A DNA stretch of 56,820 nt. Origin: an uncultured Spirochaetales bacterium (GTDB taxonomy: Bacteria > Spirochaetota > Spirochaetia > JABMQR01). The notes beneath the pieces were generated by a model. It was not told the DNA's origin. It ran no database searches and worked only from the letters and a program-made list of their open reading frames with translations. The position numbers and the translations under genes are program-made. This document shows, piece by piece, positions 45,963-56,105 of the stretch; the stretch's first letter is position 1, and every line of letters begins with the position of its first letter. The stretch spans positions 3,450 to 60,269 of the forward strand of contig CAZSBC010000002.1 in assembly GCA_964605195.1 (NCBI GenBank), in the 5' to 3' direction.

Positions 45963-48200
45963 TCAATCCAGCCGAAGCGCATTCCCCTTTCGCATGATGG
46001 TAAGCAGCTTCCTCATATCTGCAAGCAGGGTATGCTTATCGGGTTCTCCGATGGGTTCTGGGGAGTAGGTATATCTGATAATTGCTGAGACTGTCTCTGA
46101 GACGGTATCAGAAAAGGCAGGCAGGCCCTCTGCTAGCGATGTGCCCCAGAGTTTCCAGCCTGTGACCGACGGAGCGGGCAGGGCGTTGGTTTTCCTGCCC
46201 CTTCTTACAACTCTCTTCAGCATCAGGGCGATCTTTCTGTCAAGCGGCAGCAGGCGGGGCAGCAGGAGAGCAGCCAGCACTATTGCAGCGAAAGCTGGAA
46301 TAAGTATGTTCAACCGGGGGATTGGTAGCCATGTGTCCCTCTTCGCTGATTCCTCTTCACTTGACCCCTGTTCACTGAGTTCTATGCCGAGAGCGGCCAG
46401 TTGTTCCCGGGTAATGGTATCGGTGGAAATCCCCTGATCTGAAACCTCCGAGGCTAGGCCGATCATGGGCGGAGTCACTTCCCAGAGCCTCCAACCACTG
46501 CCTTCAACAAATACCTCGGGCCATTGATGTGATGCATAGCCGGTTATATGGGCAATGCTCGAGATCTCCGAATCATCAGCTATTTCTAGTAATCCCCGCT
46601 CGTGAAGCAACGCCTCGGCAGGCAGATCCTCATGATGCGGAATTGTGGTAAGAAAACCCTTTGCAATCCTCACGGGTATACCGTTCAGTCGGGCCAGGAT
46701 TGCGGCTGCAGAAGAGAAGTGAAGGCAGTAGCCCTGCCTGGTCTGAAACAGGAAATCAGCTATGGGATCTTCCGATGCACTGGTATCGAGGGTGTAGGTA
46801 AAGTTGCCGGCAAAGTAGTTGCGAATATTGTTCAGAGTCTCTGAAGCGGATCCTCCAGCCAGTGAAGCGGCAAGATCGGAGAAGGTGTTCTGCACTGTAA
46901 CAGGCAGCTGAGTGATCTGCCGCGTTAGCTCCTGGTCTGCCATGCGCAGCTGTGTTTCCTGTTGCGGATAGCTGTACAGTATAATCTCTTCATTGTGCCC
47001 CAGCGGAATGCCGCCTTCCGGCTCAAGCATCTCTGTGCGTGTGACCGGGTACAGCTGCCCTCCCAGCTGGAAGGCTATTGTGTTCTGCGTAAGGGGAATC
47101 CGCGGAAACATGTCTGCCTTTACCGTTACCAGGACCGTGATGATGCGGGAGGGATTCAAACCGGAACCGCTTACCTGTGGGGATCCTGCAATGATTGAAA
47201 TCGGGTCAGCCGAATCCGCTGGTAGGGTGATTGGCGTTTCGGGTCTTTTCGGAGTACCTGATACCCACGCACTGCCGTTGAAGTGGTAGGCATGATCGGT
47301 TGTGAGGTACAGCGTCGTGCCGGGAGGGGCTTCTGCTGTGAAGAGCACCAGCTCTGTCAGGTATGGTCGGGCTCCCGTGAAGGACGAAGTTGCATAGGGA
47401 TGACCGTATCCCGGCATGTTGTAGGTGATCGGCAGGCTCGGTGCAATGCTGAGCAGTCCTGAACGGATCATACGGGCAACATAATCGACGGTCCGGTCGC
47501 CTCTGGCCTCCGGATGCCTTTGCTGGGGTCCCCAAGCCAGCAGGGCGAGGGTGGTAACCAACGCAATGCCGAAAATGAGCAGTTTCGGCAGGCGTCGTGA
47601 GAGCCGTCCGGCTGCCATGCGAAGAGCCTCCGGACGGATATCTGCAGGCTGCCACGGAAGGGGAGTGTCGTCGGAACCGGAGAGGGATGCAGCCGGGGAG
47701 GATTGCACCGGATGCGGATCCAGCATGTAGCAGGCAGCACACAGTGAGAAGAACAGCGCCGTGGCGGTTCCGGGAAAGAGGAACAGCAGGAGGAGGGCAG
47801 CAAGCAGGATGGTCAGGATTATGGCAAGGCGCCTCCTTCTCCACAGAACTATCCTGACTCCTCCCAGGGTTATGAAATATCCTGCTGTGAATGAAAAGAG
47901 AAAGGAGACAGTTCCGTTTGCCTTACCCTCCTGCAGAAGCTTGAACCAGCCGGAATACATGGTATCGGAAATCGAAATGATGAAGAGTATGAAAAAGAGA
48001 GTGGCAAGAAGCATGGTTGCCCTGCGTATGTTCTTGAGAACCGCGGCCCTGCCAGCCGATCTTTGCAGCCGGTATTCAAGGCATGCTGCTAGGAGGGGGA
48101 CTGCAAAGAGCAGTATGAGAAGGTGCGGGCCGGAGGCATTCAGCAGGAGATAGAGGCTCCCGTATCCGGCCAGGGGCAGCAGCATCAGGAGAAGGCACAT
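45963..48200 (-). CDS. Transglutaminase-like (TgpA-type) multi-pass membrane protein
   Basis: N-terminal TM bundle and TGase core QGYCLHFSSAAAILARLNGIPVRIAKGF ... HQWPEVFVEGSGWRLWEVTP. It overlaps the DUF58 stop. Confidence 0.8.
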   Translation of the reverse strand: MCLLLMLLPLAGYGSLYLLLNASGPHLLILLFAVPLLAACLEYRLQRSAGRAAVLKNIRRATMLLATLFFILFIISISDTMYSGWFKLLQEGKANGTVSFLFSFTAGYFITLGGVRIVLWRRRRLAIILTILLAALLLLFLFPGTATALFFSLCAACYMLDPHPVQSSPAASLSGSDDTPLPWQPADIRPEALRMAAGRLSRRLPKLLIFGIALVTTLALLAWGPQQRHPEARGDRTVDYVARMIRSGLLSIAPSLPITYNMPGYGHPYATSSFTGARPYLTELVLFTAEAPPGTTLYLTTDHAYHFNGSAWVSGTPKRPETPITLPADSADPISIIAGSPQVSGSGLNPSRIITVLVTVKADMFPRIPLTQNTIAFQLGGQLYPVTRTEMLEPEGGIPLGHNEEIILYSYPQQETQLRMADQELTRQITQLPVTVQNTFSDLAASLAGGSASETLNNIRNYFAGNFTYTLDTSASEDPIADFLFQTRQGYCLHFSSAAAILARLNGIPVRIAKGFLTTIPHHEDLPAEALLHERGLLEIADDSEISSIAHITGYASHQWPEVFVEGSGWRLWEVTPPMIGLASEVSDQGISTDTITREQLAALGIELSEQGSSEEESAKRDTWLPIPRLNILIPAFAAIVLAALLLPRLLPLDRKIALMLKRVVRRGRKTNALPAPSVTGWKLWGTSLAEGLPAFSDTVSETVSAIIRYTYSPEPIGEPDKHTLLADMRKLLTIMRKGNALRLD

Positions 48201-49375
48201 ACCAGCTGCTCCTCCAGTTCATTGCTTGCATGAATTTCGGTGATTGCCGTACCCTGCCTTACCAGCGCATCAATCAGCACGCCGGCCTGTTCCCTCTGTC
48301 GGTCATCCATAGCTTCAGTGATGGCCAGCAGGTGCCCGCTTTCCAGCTGATCCCAGAAATCAGGGTTGAGAAGCTGAAAATCTGTCAGGGGTGATACGAT
48401 GTATATCGGCGAATTGCGGTTGCCTTCCAGGAAATCCGACGGTATTTCGTGTGCATCAAATTGCAGGGTAAGAGTCATTTCATGCAGGCGGCGAACCTCC
48501 TCCTCACGGCTGAGGGAATATCCTTCCCAACCGGGAAATCCATGGATTGTTATGGCGTGGTTCTCACTGCAGGCACTCCATATCAGCGCCAGGGCAGCCT
48601 CTATGGCAGTATCCTCACAGATTGGATTGCGTGTAACCCTTCTCCTGTCAAGGAAGAGGTGGATGCTGCTGCTGCCAAGGGTGTCAAAGTCCTTCATGAC
48701 GGGGTTGCCGAGCTGGGCAAAGCGTTTCCAGCTGATATGGCGGGTCTCATCCCCGCGCCTGTATTCATGCAGTCCGGAAAATGTGTGGTACTCACCGTGG
48801 ATTCCGGTTCTTGTTACCAGATGTCCGTAGGTCGGCTGATGCCGGGACATCGTCAGCCGCAACTGGAGCAGACGGGGATAGATATAGAAGGTTTTTGGCC
48901 ATATAGGCAGTGATAGGGATAGGAGGCCAGAAAAACCGGTGATGACAAGATCTGAAACGCCCATGGTATAAATACCGCGTAACCCGGCATAGATGTCCCG
49001 CGAGAATATGTCCCGGTCTCCCGGCCCCAGCCGTACCATGCGATCCGGGATCACCTGCTTGTCACGCTGGTGGATCCGTGCGAACGAAGTCCTGACCGCA
49101 GGGGCCGGCAGTATCGATGCGGTAGTGAGGTTCAACCTGTACTGGATAACTTCGCCCTTCTGCACATCCGCATGGCTATGCCTGAAGTGCTGGGAGTATT
49201 TCAGTGTGACAGCACTGCCAACCAGGACTATCTGATCAAACAGGAAGATGAGAAACCAGAATCGGGCAGCCTTGATATATAGGCCTCCGAAATAGCGACT
49301 GGCCAGATAGAGTAACGCAGAGATCAGTATGAACGGGATAATCCTTGCTGCATGGGGAATTACCCTTCTGTTCAT
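48185..49375 (-). CDS. DUF58 family protein
   Basis: HEYRRGDETRHISWKRFAQLG is the DUF58 signature. Two N-terminal TM segments. It follows the MoxR gene. Confidence 0.8.
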   Translation of the reverse strand: MNRRVIPHAARIIPFILISALLYLASRYFGGLYIKAARFWFLIFLFDQIVLVGSAVTLKYSQHFRHSHADVQKGEVIQYRLNLTTASILPAPAVRTSFARIHQRDKQVIPDRMVRLGPGDRDIFSRDIYAGLRGIYTMGVSDLVITGFSGLLSLSLPIWPKTFYIYPRLLQLRLTMSRHQPTYGHLVTRTGIHGEYHTFSGLHEYRRGDETRHISWKRFAQLGNPVMKDFDTLGSSSIHLFLDRRRVTRNPICEDTAIEAALALIWSACSENHAITIHGFPGWEGYSLSREEEVRRLHEMTLTLQFDAHEIPSDFLEGNRNSPIYIVSPLTDFQLLNPDFWDQLESGHLLAITEAMDDRQREQAGVLIDALVRQGTAITEIHASNELEEQLVCAFS

Positions 49376-49410
49376 ATGGCTACCCGGTTTTCATGCACCT
49401 TCATGGGGGT

Positions 49411-50373
49411 TTATCCTATAGGGATTGTCAGGACCGCCGCTGTTGAAGCGATGAAGTGCTCTATAGGTCTGCCCTGGCTGCGGGATTCCGGCGTCAGCAC
49501 AAGCCGGTGACGCAGCACCGGACTGGCTGCCTTGAGTATATCTTCCGGGATCAGGAATTCTCTGGCTTCCAGAGCGGCATGCGCCTGTGCAAGTCTGATA
49601 ATATGCTGCAGACCCCTCGTACTGACGCCATGCTGGAAGAATTTCGATTCCCTGGTTGCCTGGGCCAGCGATACGGCGAAATTCCGTATCTCCTCCTTCA
49701 TTGCTATCGAGGCAATGCGCTTCCTGACTGCCGTTATCTCTTCAGGGGAGGCTACTTGTGAAACCCGGTCAACGGCATCCCGGTCCTTGAAGGCATCGAT
49801 GAGAAACGATTCAGTCTCCGGATCCGGGTACCCCGGGGTCATGCTTACCCCGAAGCGGTCCAGTTGCGATTCCGGCAGTTTGTAAGTGCCGGCATACCAG
49901 TTGGGATTCTGGGTAGCGGCAACGATGAATGGATCAGGTAAGGGAAAGCGTTGCCCGTCTATGGTGACTGCCTGTTCCTGCATGGCTTCCAGCAGGGCTG
50001 ACTGGGTACGGGCTGGTGCCCTGTTCAACTCATCGGCAAGGATCAGCTGCCTTCTCAGCGGGCCCTCCCTGAAGATGAATTCACGCTTCACGGGATCCCA
50101 GATCGTCATCCCGGTGATATCGCCGGGCATCAGGTCCGGGGTGAACTGTATGCGTCCGAACTCCAGTCCCGTTGCCCGTGCTATGCAGTGAACCAGCGTG
50201 GTCTTCCCCACTCCGGCAACATCCTCAATCAGCAAGTGCAGCCCGGAGAGGACCGACAGGATAGCCAGTTCAACGACAGCCCGCTTACCGATGAACCCCT
50301 TACCTGTTTCAGCAATCAGATCTTGCAGCTTCCTGTGGACGAAATCGATCGATTGGAATTGTGAATGTTCCAT
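49411..50373 (-). CDS. MoxR-family AAA+ ATPase
   Basis: Walker A GVGKTT, Walker B ILADELNRAP, FIVAATQNP. SD GGGAGGA. Confidence 0.9.
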   Translation of the reverse strand: MEHSQFQSIDFVHRKLQDLIAETGKGFIGKRAVVELAILSVLSGLHLLIEDVAGVGKTTLVHCIARATGLEFGRIQFTPDLMPGDITGMTIWDPVKREFIFREGPLRRQLILADELNRAPARTQSALLEAMQEQAVTIDGQRFPLPDPFIVAATQNPNWYAGTYKLPESQLDRFGVSMTPGYPDPETESFLIDAFKDRDAVDRVSQVASPEEITAVRKRIASIAMKEEIRNFAVSLAQATRESKFFQHGVSTRGLQHIIRLAQAHAALEAREFLIPEDILKAASPVLRHRLVLTPESRSQGRPIEHFIASTAAVLTIPIG

Positions 50374-50567
50374 GCTTGTCCTCCCGATCCTTCATATTAC
50401 GCTGGTTTGGGATTGCGTTTCCCGCACTGGGAAAGTATAGCATGCTGCATGGCAGCCGTCCAATGATCCGTTTTCAGGAACAGGGAATCAAGTTGGGGAT
50501 GTATGGAGAGGGAACCGGAAGGGTCGGGACAGGCCCTCGTGATCGACCTGTCCCGTTTTGCCGGTTG

Positions 50568-51578
50568 TCAGCGTGCCGCTGTGATGGTGAACTGGGGCAT
50601 AAATGGATGAAAGCCCCAGTCGCCATGCTTCTCGCTGCCCGAATCAGGGCCGAAGTCGACCACATTTGCATCGGCAGGTACGGTGAAATCGGCATCGGCC
50701 GGATCGGAGAAGTGCCAGAAGTTAAAGGTGGCGGTAACATCAGGCACTGCTGTGATGGTTGCCCCGGTGGTGTAGGTGAAGGGAGGAAGGACGGCATTCA
50801 TCCCGCCTGTTCCCGTGGCGGAATCGATATGCACCGGATTCGAGGGATCATAGGTGTCATAGGCGGAGGAGCTGCCCCAGAAGGGATCATCGCTGAAGAG
50901 GTCTATGACCGAGGTGGAGCCTGAGGCTGAGTCGGGATGTTCGGGGAAGTCGTTGGAGGGATCTGCATAGTCAACGCCATCCTCCTGCGCCAGGATGAGG
51001 AAGTTGGCATTGCCCGGTTCCACGCCACGTCGCATCCAGTACCACCCGGAGGGGTAGGCGGCCCGTACCGGTGAGTCGATCTGCGTATCGTCAAGGTGCA
51101 CGAGGATGTCACGTTTCCAGAGGTTGTCCACCGGGTTGAAGTAGAACCTGAATGTATAGGTATCCTCGTCGCCGTCAGTGGTGAACTCCAGGGCATAGGT
51201 GTCTTCGGTGGCGGTGGTGGGGAAGTGGAAGGCTGCAAGCATCTCCACCTCAATATAGAGAGGGACGATGTCGTAGTGTTCATAGGTTTCTCCTGGTGTA
51301 TATGCCCCGGAGGGGTTGTTCAGGATGTCGCTGAAGGAGCTCCCGTCTGCATTGGTCGCATTGGGGGCGAAGTTGATGACTTCCGGGGTCTCCCTGCTGG
51401 CATTGACCACATTAACGGAATTGGAGCTGGAGTCAAAGAGCGCAAGGTTAATGACGGCCATGCGGTAGACACTCGGGGTGATGCTGATACTCTCCTCCGA
51501 ACTGGGGCAGAAGAGATCACAGGATATGCTGAACAGCAGCATACAGCAGATGAGAATGGTTGTGATGGTTCTGGACAT
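50568..51578 (-). CDS. Lipoprotein of unknown function
   Basis: MSRTITTILICCMLLFSISC lipobox-like signal. Strong SD AAGGAGG. Asp/Thr/Pro-rich mature part with no recognisable family. Confidence 0.6.
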   Translation of the reverse strand: MSRTITTILICCMLLFSISCDLFCPSSEESISITPSVYRMAVINLALFDSSSNSVNVVNASRETPEVINFAPNATNADGSSFSDILNNPSGAYTPGETYEHYDIVPLYIEVEMLAAFHFPTTATEDTYALEFTTDGDEDTYTFRFYFNPVDNLWKRDILVHLDDTQIDSPVRAAYPSGWYWMRRGVEPGNANFLILAQEDGVDYADPSNDFPEHPDSASGSTSVIDLFSDDPFWGSSSAYDTYDPSNPVHIDSATGTGGMNAVLPPFTYTTGATITAVPDVTATFNFWHFSDPADADFTVPADANVVDFGPDSGSEKHGDWGFHPFMPQFTITAAR

Positions 51579-51787
51579 GTTTCCTCCTTCACAGCTGATA
51601 CCTACTCTGGAGGCTATCAGCTCTTTGGTCCTGAAAATACCGATACACTCTTATCGGTAACTCATTGTAACACAGCTTTTGCCCCAGCGGTACAACTGCG
51701 CGGTAAAGTTGCCGTTGAAACGTGTTGTGACTGGTAAAAGTGTGTTATAGTGGAGTAAGAGTGGTAAATCCACACTTGGAGGGTTCT

Positions 51788-52348
51788 GTGAAGATTCTGA
51801 TACGGCTGTTTTCACATCCGGTGGTTTTCATTGCAGCACTGCTGATCATGGCTGTCTTCATGACGGCGGTGCTTCCGGCCCAGGCGAGAAAGGCAGCTGA
51901 ATATACACCGGAGGGCATGAGTTTTGATACCTCCTTCTTCTATGCTCCAGCTGCCGTCCCTGAGATGATTGCCTCCTTTGGTGAGAGCGGACGGGCTGCA
52001 TACATACGGGCCCGGTGGACGTTTGATCTGCTCTTTCCCTTTGTATACGGCTTTTTTTGCCTCTCAGCGGCAGCCTTCGGCCTATCCCGCCTGAAAACGG
52101 GTACTGATCGTTGGCGGTATCTGGTGCTGCTGCCGCTGCTGGCAGTCGGTTTTGACCTCCTGGAAAACAGTTTTGTGACTGTCCTGATGCGTCTCTATCC
52201 TGAAGGGTCGCCGCTGCTGGCCTTGCTTGCTGCAGGATCCACACTCTGCAAATGGATCGCTGTCATCCTGAGTTTTTCCCAGGCACTCATCCTGCCTGTC
52301 ACTGCCTGGGTACTGTATCGGAAAGCGACAGCGGCTGAGAGCCGTTAA
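51788..52348 (+). CDS. Membrane protein of unknown function (about 5 TM)
   Basis: GTG at 51788 follows GGAGGG. Hydrophobic segments run throughout. The ORF-track start at 51740 has no SD. Confidence 0.5.
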   Translation: MKILIRLFSHPVVFIAALLIMAVFMTAVLPAQARKAAEYTPEGMSFDTSFFYAPAAVPEMIASFGESGRAAYIRARWTFDLLFPFVYGFFCLSAAAFGLSRLKTGTDRWRYLVLLPLLAVGFDLLENSFVTVLMRLYPEGSPLLALLAAGSTLCKWIAVILSFSQALILPVTAWVLYRKATAAESR

Positions 52349-52385
52349 CAGCAGCAGTATGGCAAATCATACATAAGGGGGGATT

Positions 52386-52784
52386 ATGATTGAACATGTT
52401 CATGAGCATATTATCGAGGAGGTGAAGACCAATACCCGTACCGATACAATCTTTGTGCTCACCTCAATCCTGCTGAACCTGGTGGTGCTGGCCATCAATT
52501 CAGCCCTTGGTTCGGAAGACGAGGGGTCGGTGAACTATCTTGTCATGGCAATTTTCACGCTCCTGCTGGTGGTGGTAAATCTGGTGGCTATCTTCGGGCT
52601 CTTCAAGGGGCGGCAGACCAGGCAGAAGCTGGTGGACGGACTGCTGCGGATCTACCAGGATAACGGAGTGGATGGTTACTATGACCGTTCGCTGCTGGAG
52701 TCCTACCGTACACGGTACCTGATGTTCATCATGGTCGTGGTGGCCACAGGAGTGGTCGGGGCCATCGTTCCCTTCTTCCTATAG
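52386..52784 (+). CDS. Small membrane protein of unknown function (3 TM)
   Basis: 132 aa with three hydrophobic segments. SD-like GGGGGA lies upstream. Confidence 0.5.
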   Translation: MIEHVHEHIIEEVKTNTRTDTIFVLTSILLNLVVLAINSALGSEDEGSVNYLVMAIFTLLLVVVNLVAIFGLFKGRQTRQKLVDGLLRIYQDNGVDGYYDRSLLESYRTRYLMFIMVVVATGVVGAIVPFFL

Positions 52785-53210
52785 GGGAATCTGCCAGGAA
52801 AAGCTCTCCCCGCGGGCTGCGGGGACATAGCAGGAATGCTCTTCGTCCCATATGAGAAAGGCAGGGTACTGTTCTCCCTCCTCAAGGAGCGGGAGGGGTC
52901 CCGGACCGGCCCAGCCTGCTCCCTTCACTGGTGAGTAGATGTCATAACGTATCGATATCAGGGAATCTTCCGCCAGGGCAGTTGCCGATGCATAGACGGC
53001 AAGTACTTTCGCAGTGATCGCAACCGACGTATTCCTGCTGAAGAATGATTTTGATCTTGAACATTCCACCACCTCAATGAGCAGCTTTTCCGGGGCATTG
53101 AGCTGCATCAGGGCATATTCCCGTGGTGATATCTCGGCCTGCAGGGGTAGGCCTCCAAGCAGGAACGTCATCAGTGTGACCAGTAACAGCAGCTTTTTAC
53201 CCCTCATCAT
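52779..53210 (-). CDS. Secreted protein of unknown function
   Basis: Signal peptide MMRGKKLLLLVTLMTFLLGGLPLQA. GGAGGAG lies just upstream of the tandem ATGs. Confidence 0.5.
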   Translation of the reverse strand: MMRGKKLLLLVTLMTFLLGGLPLQAEISPREYALMQLNAPEKLLIEVVECSRSKSFFSRNTSVAITAKVLAVYASATALAEDSLISIRYDIYSPVKGAGWAGPGPLPLLEEGEQYPAFLIWDEEHSCYVPAARGESFSWQIPL

Positions 53211-53349
53211 GACTCCTCCCATCAGTGTTCAGCGTACCATGAGAAGGCTGCATAATGAAGAGATGCATAGCCAATTTTGCCATAACCTGTTATAATGACG
53301 GGCTGAAAGAGAACGTACAGGCAGCAACGGGAGATAGTGTTTTACGCGT

Positions 53350-56040
53350 ATGGATAGAAAGTTTGACAGGATTCTGGTTTCCTCCAGCGAGTGGACAGTT
53401 AACAATACCGGAAAGGCACTAGCCCTGATCGGGCTGCTCACTATCCTTGCCGTATTCGGTCTGTCAAGGCTGACCCTTGATATGACGTTCTACTCCCTGA
53501 TGCCGAGAAGATCCGAGAAGGTTGCAGATCTCCGTGTCATTACCGAAACCTATCCCGCTGCAAGTGCCATCATAGCGGTGGTGGAGAGTGACGACCCGCA
53601 GCAGTTGCGTAGAGGGGTCGATGCAGTCGTCGAAGCACTGGAAGGGGATGCGTTCAGCGACATAGTAGCTATGGTCCGGTCTGGTATCGATGTTGAGTCA
53701 GAGGATGGGCATACCGCACTGGCACAGATTGCCCTGCTGCAGAGTGCCGGGGAGATGGTACCTGCTGACTCGGCTGATCAGAGCCTGCTTGCTCCCGGCC
53801 TCTTTATTTCAGCAATCAACGGGGTTCTCACAGAGACCCTGCAGAAGCATGCCATGACACCGCATGAACAGAATAATGGCCGGGAAGTCCTCTCGGATCT
53901 GCAGAATCTCATGAGAATATACCTGGATGAAGGGGCGATATCATCCACATCGGCCTTCTCTTCCCTGATGCGTTCCCTGCTTGCTCCAGACCCCTATTTC
54001 ATCAATGATGATGAGAATATGGCCCTTGTCTACATTCTTCCCAGCTTCACCGTGCACGACATCATGAACCTGACTGGTAACGTCAACAGGATCGAACGGG
54101 CGGTCAAGCAGTCAGCTGCCGAAAGCGGGGTGACTGCCGGTATTACCGGCCTGCCGGTTGTCGGCAGGGATGAGGCGGTGACCAGCGAAGAGGGGCTGGC
54201 AGTATCATCCCTCTTTGCCCTGGCCCTTATCATCTTCCTTCTCATTGTCAATTTCCGCATGAAATCGGTTCCCCTGCTGGCCGGGATTCCGCTGCTGATC
54301 GGAATGGTCTGGACCGCCGGAGCGGCGGGGATCCTGCTTGGGCGGCTCAATATCATGACGGCGATGTACCTGGTTGCATTGCTCGGCCTTGGGGTGGATT
54401 TTGCCATCCATTATCTGACGGCATTCATGCATGAGCGGGAGACGGGGAAACCCTTTCTGGCAAGTATTTCAGAGGGGGTTGGAAAGAGCGGGCGCAGCAT
54501 TGCAGTCGGGGCTCTGACAACTGCGGCAGCCTTCTTCGCCCTGCTCGTTGCCGATTCCGAACTGGTCTTTGAGCTGGCCGTCGTTGCGGGAACCGGGGTG
54601 CTCTGCGAACTCCTGGCAATGCTGCTTGTTTTACCCGTTCTCCTCTCGCAGCGGGACAGATGGATCAGCAAGTACAACCGCAGGGATTCAATCATCCACC
54701 AGCGGTCGTCATTCAGCCTTGGCATGGCAATCGGTTCCCTGATTGGGAAGGTTCCCCTGCTCTTCTTTTCCGGGGCAGTGTTACTGGTGGGGGTGCTGCT
54801 GGCTTTCGCCCCGGGTGTGGAGGTGGAGACCAATATCATGGAGATGGAGGCCGAGGGGCTGGAGTCAATCGATCTCCAGGAGAGGATGGTTGAAGGGTTT
54901 GCCATGGCACCCGATGCCCTCTATATCCTCAGCGGTTCCCTGGAAGAGAGCCGGGAACTGAATCGGCGTCTTGAAGCCCTTGAGAGTGTCTCAGCAGTTG
55001 ATGCAGTTACCGATCTGCTTCCCGCAGCCGAAAGCCAGCAGCACTCCATCAACCTGATGAATCGGATGGTTCAGCTGGTCGAGGAAGCTGCTGCGGGTGA
55101 GATGGTGTATGCCCCTGCAGTTCTGGCGGACCTGCAGCTGGAAATCGGGATGCTGCTTGACAACCTCAAGATATTTGCTCGCAGAACCGGATATCCCGGA
55201 ACAAGGGAGCTGGAGAGGCTGGTAAACCGCTGTCTGCTTGATACCAGGGTGCTGATGCGCTGCTTTGCTGTTCTTGAGGGGGATCTTCTGCAATATATCA
55301 GGAGATCGCTTCCGCAACAGCCCCTTGCTCTTGATGATCTTGACAGCAGCCTTTGGGCCCCCTATATGGAAACGGTTGAAGGGGGAACTCCGGCCGCTGA
55401 GAATCTGGTTACCATCTATGCCGCAGATAATCTCTGGGAGGAGGCCAACAGAGAGGCGCTTTACGGAGAACTCCTTGAAGTGACCGGCAAGGCCACCGGT
55501 ATTGTCATGGCAGCCGACCAGATCACCAGTATAGCCCGCCGGGACGGGGTACGGGCAACGCTCATAGCACTGCTGGTCATCTCGGCAATTCTCCTGATTG
55601 ATTTCAGGAACATCAAGCTCACACTCATCACAATACTGCCGCTGCTTGCCGCAATCGGTTCACTCTTCGGCTTCATGGCCCTCTTTGACATCAAGTTTGA
55701 CTTTATCAATATCATTGCAATCCCCCTGCTTGTCGGGATAGGCATTGATGACGCCATCCATATCAGCCACCGCTACCGTGATGAGGGGAGAGGTAGTATG
55801 GGACTTGTGGTGAAGACCATCGGCAGGGCAATACTTATGACCTCGTTGACAACGATGGTGGCCTTCGCATCGTTCATTCCCTCGATCATGCGGGCAATGC
55901 GCTCCACCGGAATAGTGCTGACGGTTGCCATGTTGCTGGCACTGCTCTTCTCAATTTTCCTTCATGGAGCCCTCCTGGTCATCGCACGGGAGCGCATGGG
56001 ACTGAACCTGCAGCCGTGGAAGCGTAACAAATCCATATAA
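53350..56040 (+). CDS. MMPL/RND-superfamily transporter (HpnN-like architecture)
   Basis: 896 aa with two 6-TM bundles, each followed or preceded by large extracytoplasmic loops. Repeated motifs GLGVDFAIHYL and GIGIDDAIHISHRY. Confidence 0.8.
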   Translation: MDRKFDRILVSSSEWTVNNTGKALALIGLLTILAVFGLSRLTLDMTFYSLMPRRSEKVADLRVITETYPAASAIIAVVESDDPQQLRRGVDAVVEALEGDAFSDIVAMVRSGIDVESEDGHTALAQIALLQSAGEMVPADSADQSLLAPGLFISAINGVLTETLQKHAMTPHEQNNGREVLSDLQNLMRIYLDEGAISSTSAFSSLMRSLLAPDPYFINDDENMALVYILPSFTVHDIMNLTGNVNRIERAVKQSAAESGVTAGITGLPVVGRDEAVTSEEGLAVSSLFALALIIFLLIVNFRMKSVPLLAGIPLLIGMVWTAGAAGILLGRLNIMTAMYLVALLGLGVDFAIHYLTAFMHERETGKPFLASISEGVGKSGRSIAVGALTTAAAFFALLVADSELVFELAVVAGTGVLCELLAMLLVLPVLLSQRDRWISKYNRRDSIIHQRSSFSLGMAIGSLIGKVPLLFFSGAVLLVGVLLAFAPGVEVETNIMEMEAEGLESIDLQERMVEGFAMAPDALYILSGSLEESRELNRRLEALESVSAVDAVTDLLPAAESQQHSINLMNRMVQLVEEAAAGEMVYAPAVLADLQLEIGMLLDNLKIFARRTGYPGTRELERLVNRCLLDTRVLMRCFAVLEGDLLQYIRRSLPQQPLALDDLDSSLWAPYMETVEGGTPAAENLVTIYAADNLWEEANREALYGELLEVTGKATGIVMAADQITSIARRDGVRATLIALLVISAILLIDFRNIKLTLITILPLLAAIGSLFGFMALFDIKFDFINIIAIPLLVGIGIDDAIHISHRYRDEGRGSMGLVVKTIGRAILMTSLTTMVAFASFIPSIMRAMRSTGIVLTVAMLLALLFSIFLHGALLVIARERMGLNLQPWKRNKSI

Positions 56041-56070
56041 TGTAAGTGATTGTATTCTCCCAATAATGAG

Positions 56071-56099
56071 TTGTTCCATCGCAGAATATGTACTATAAT
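56071..56099 (+). promoter_or_regulatory. Candidate sigma-70 promoter abutting the AraC-family start codon
   Basis: TTGTTC (56071-56076), 17 nt, TATAAT (56094-56099). The ATG at 56106 is 6 nt downstream and has no SD. Confidence 0.4.
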
Positions 56100-56105
56100 T
56101 TCCCA

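Noticed and set aside
50526-50554. Hairpin GGGACAGG-13 nt-CCTGTCCC between the lipoprotein gene and the MoxR gene.
   Set aside because: The U tract (GTTTT) is on the plus strand, where no gene ends. On the minus strand, where the lipoprotein gene terminates, no U tract follows. Its function is ambiguous, so it is not listed as a feature.
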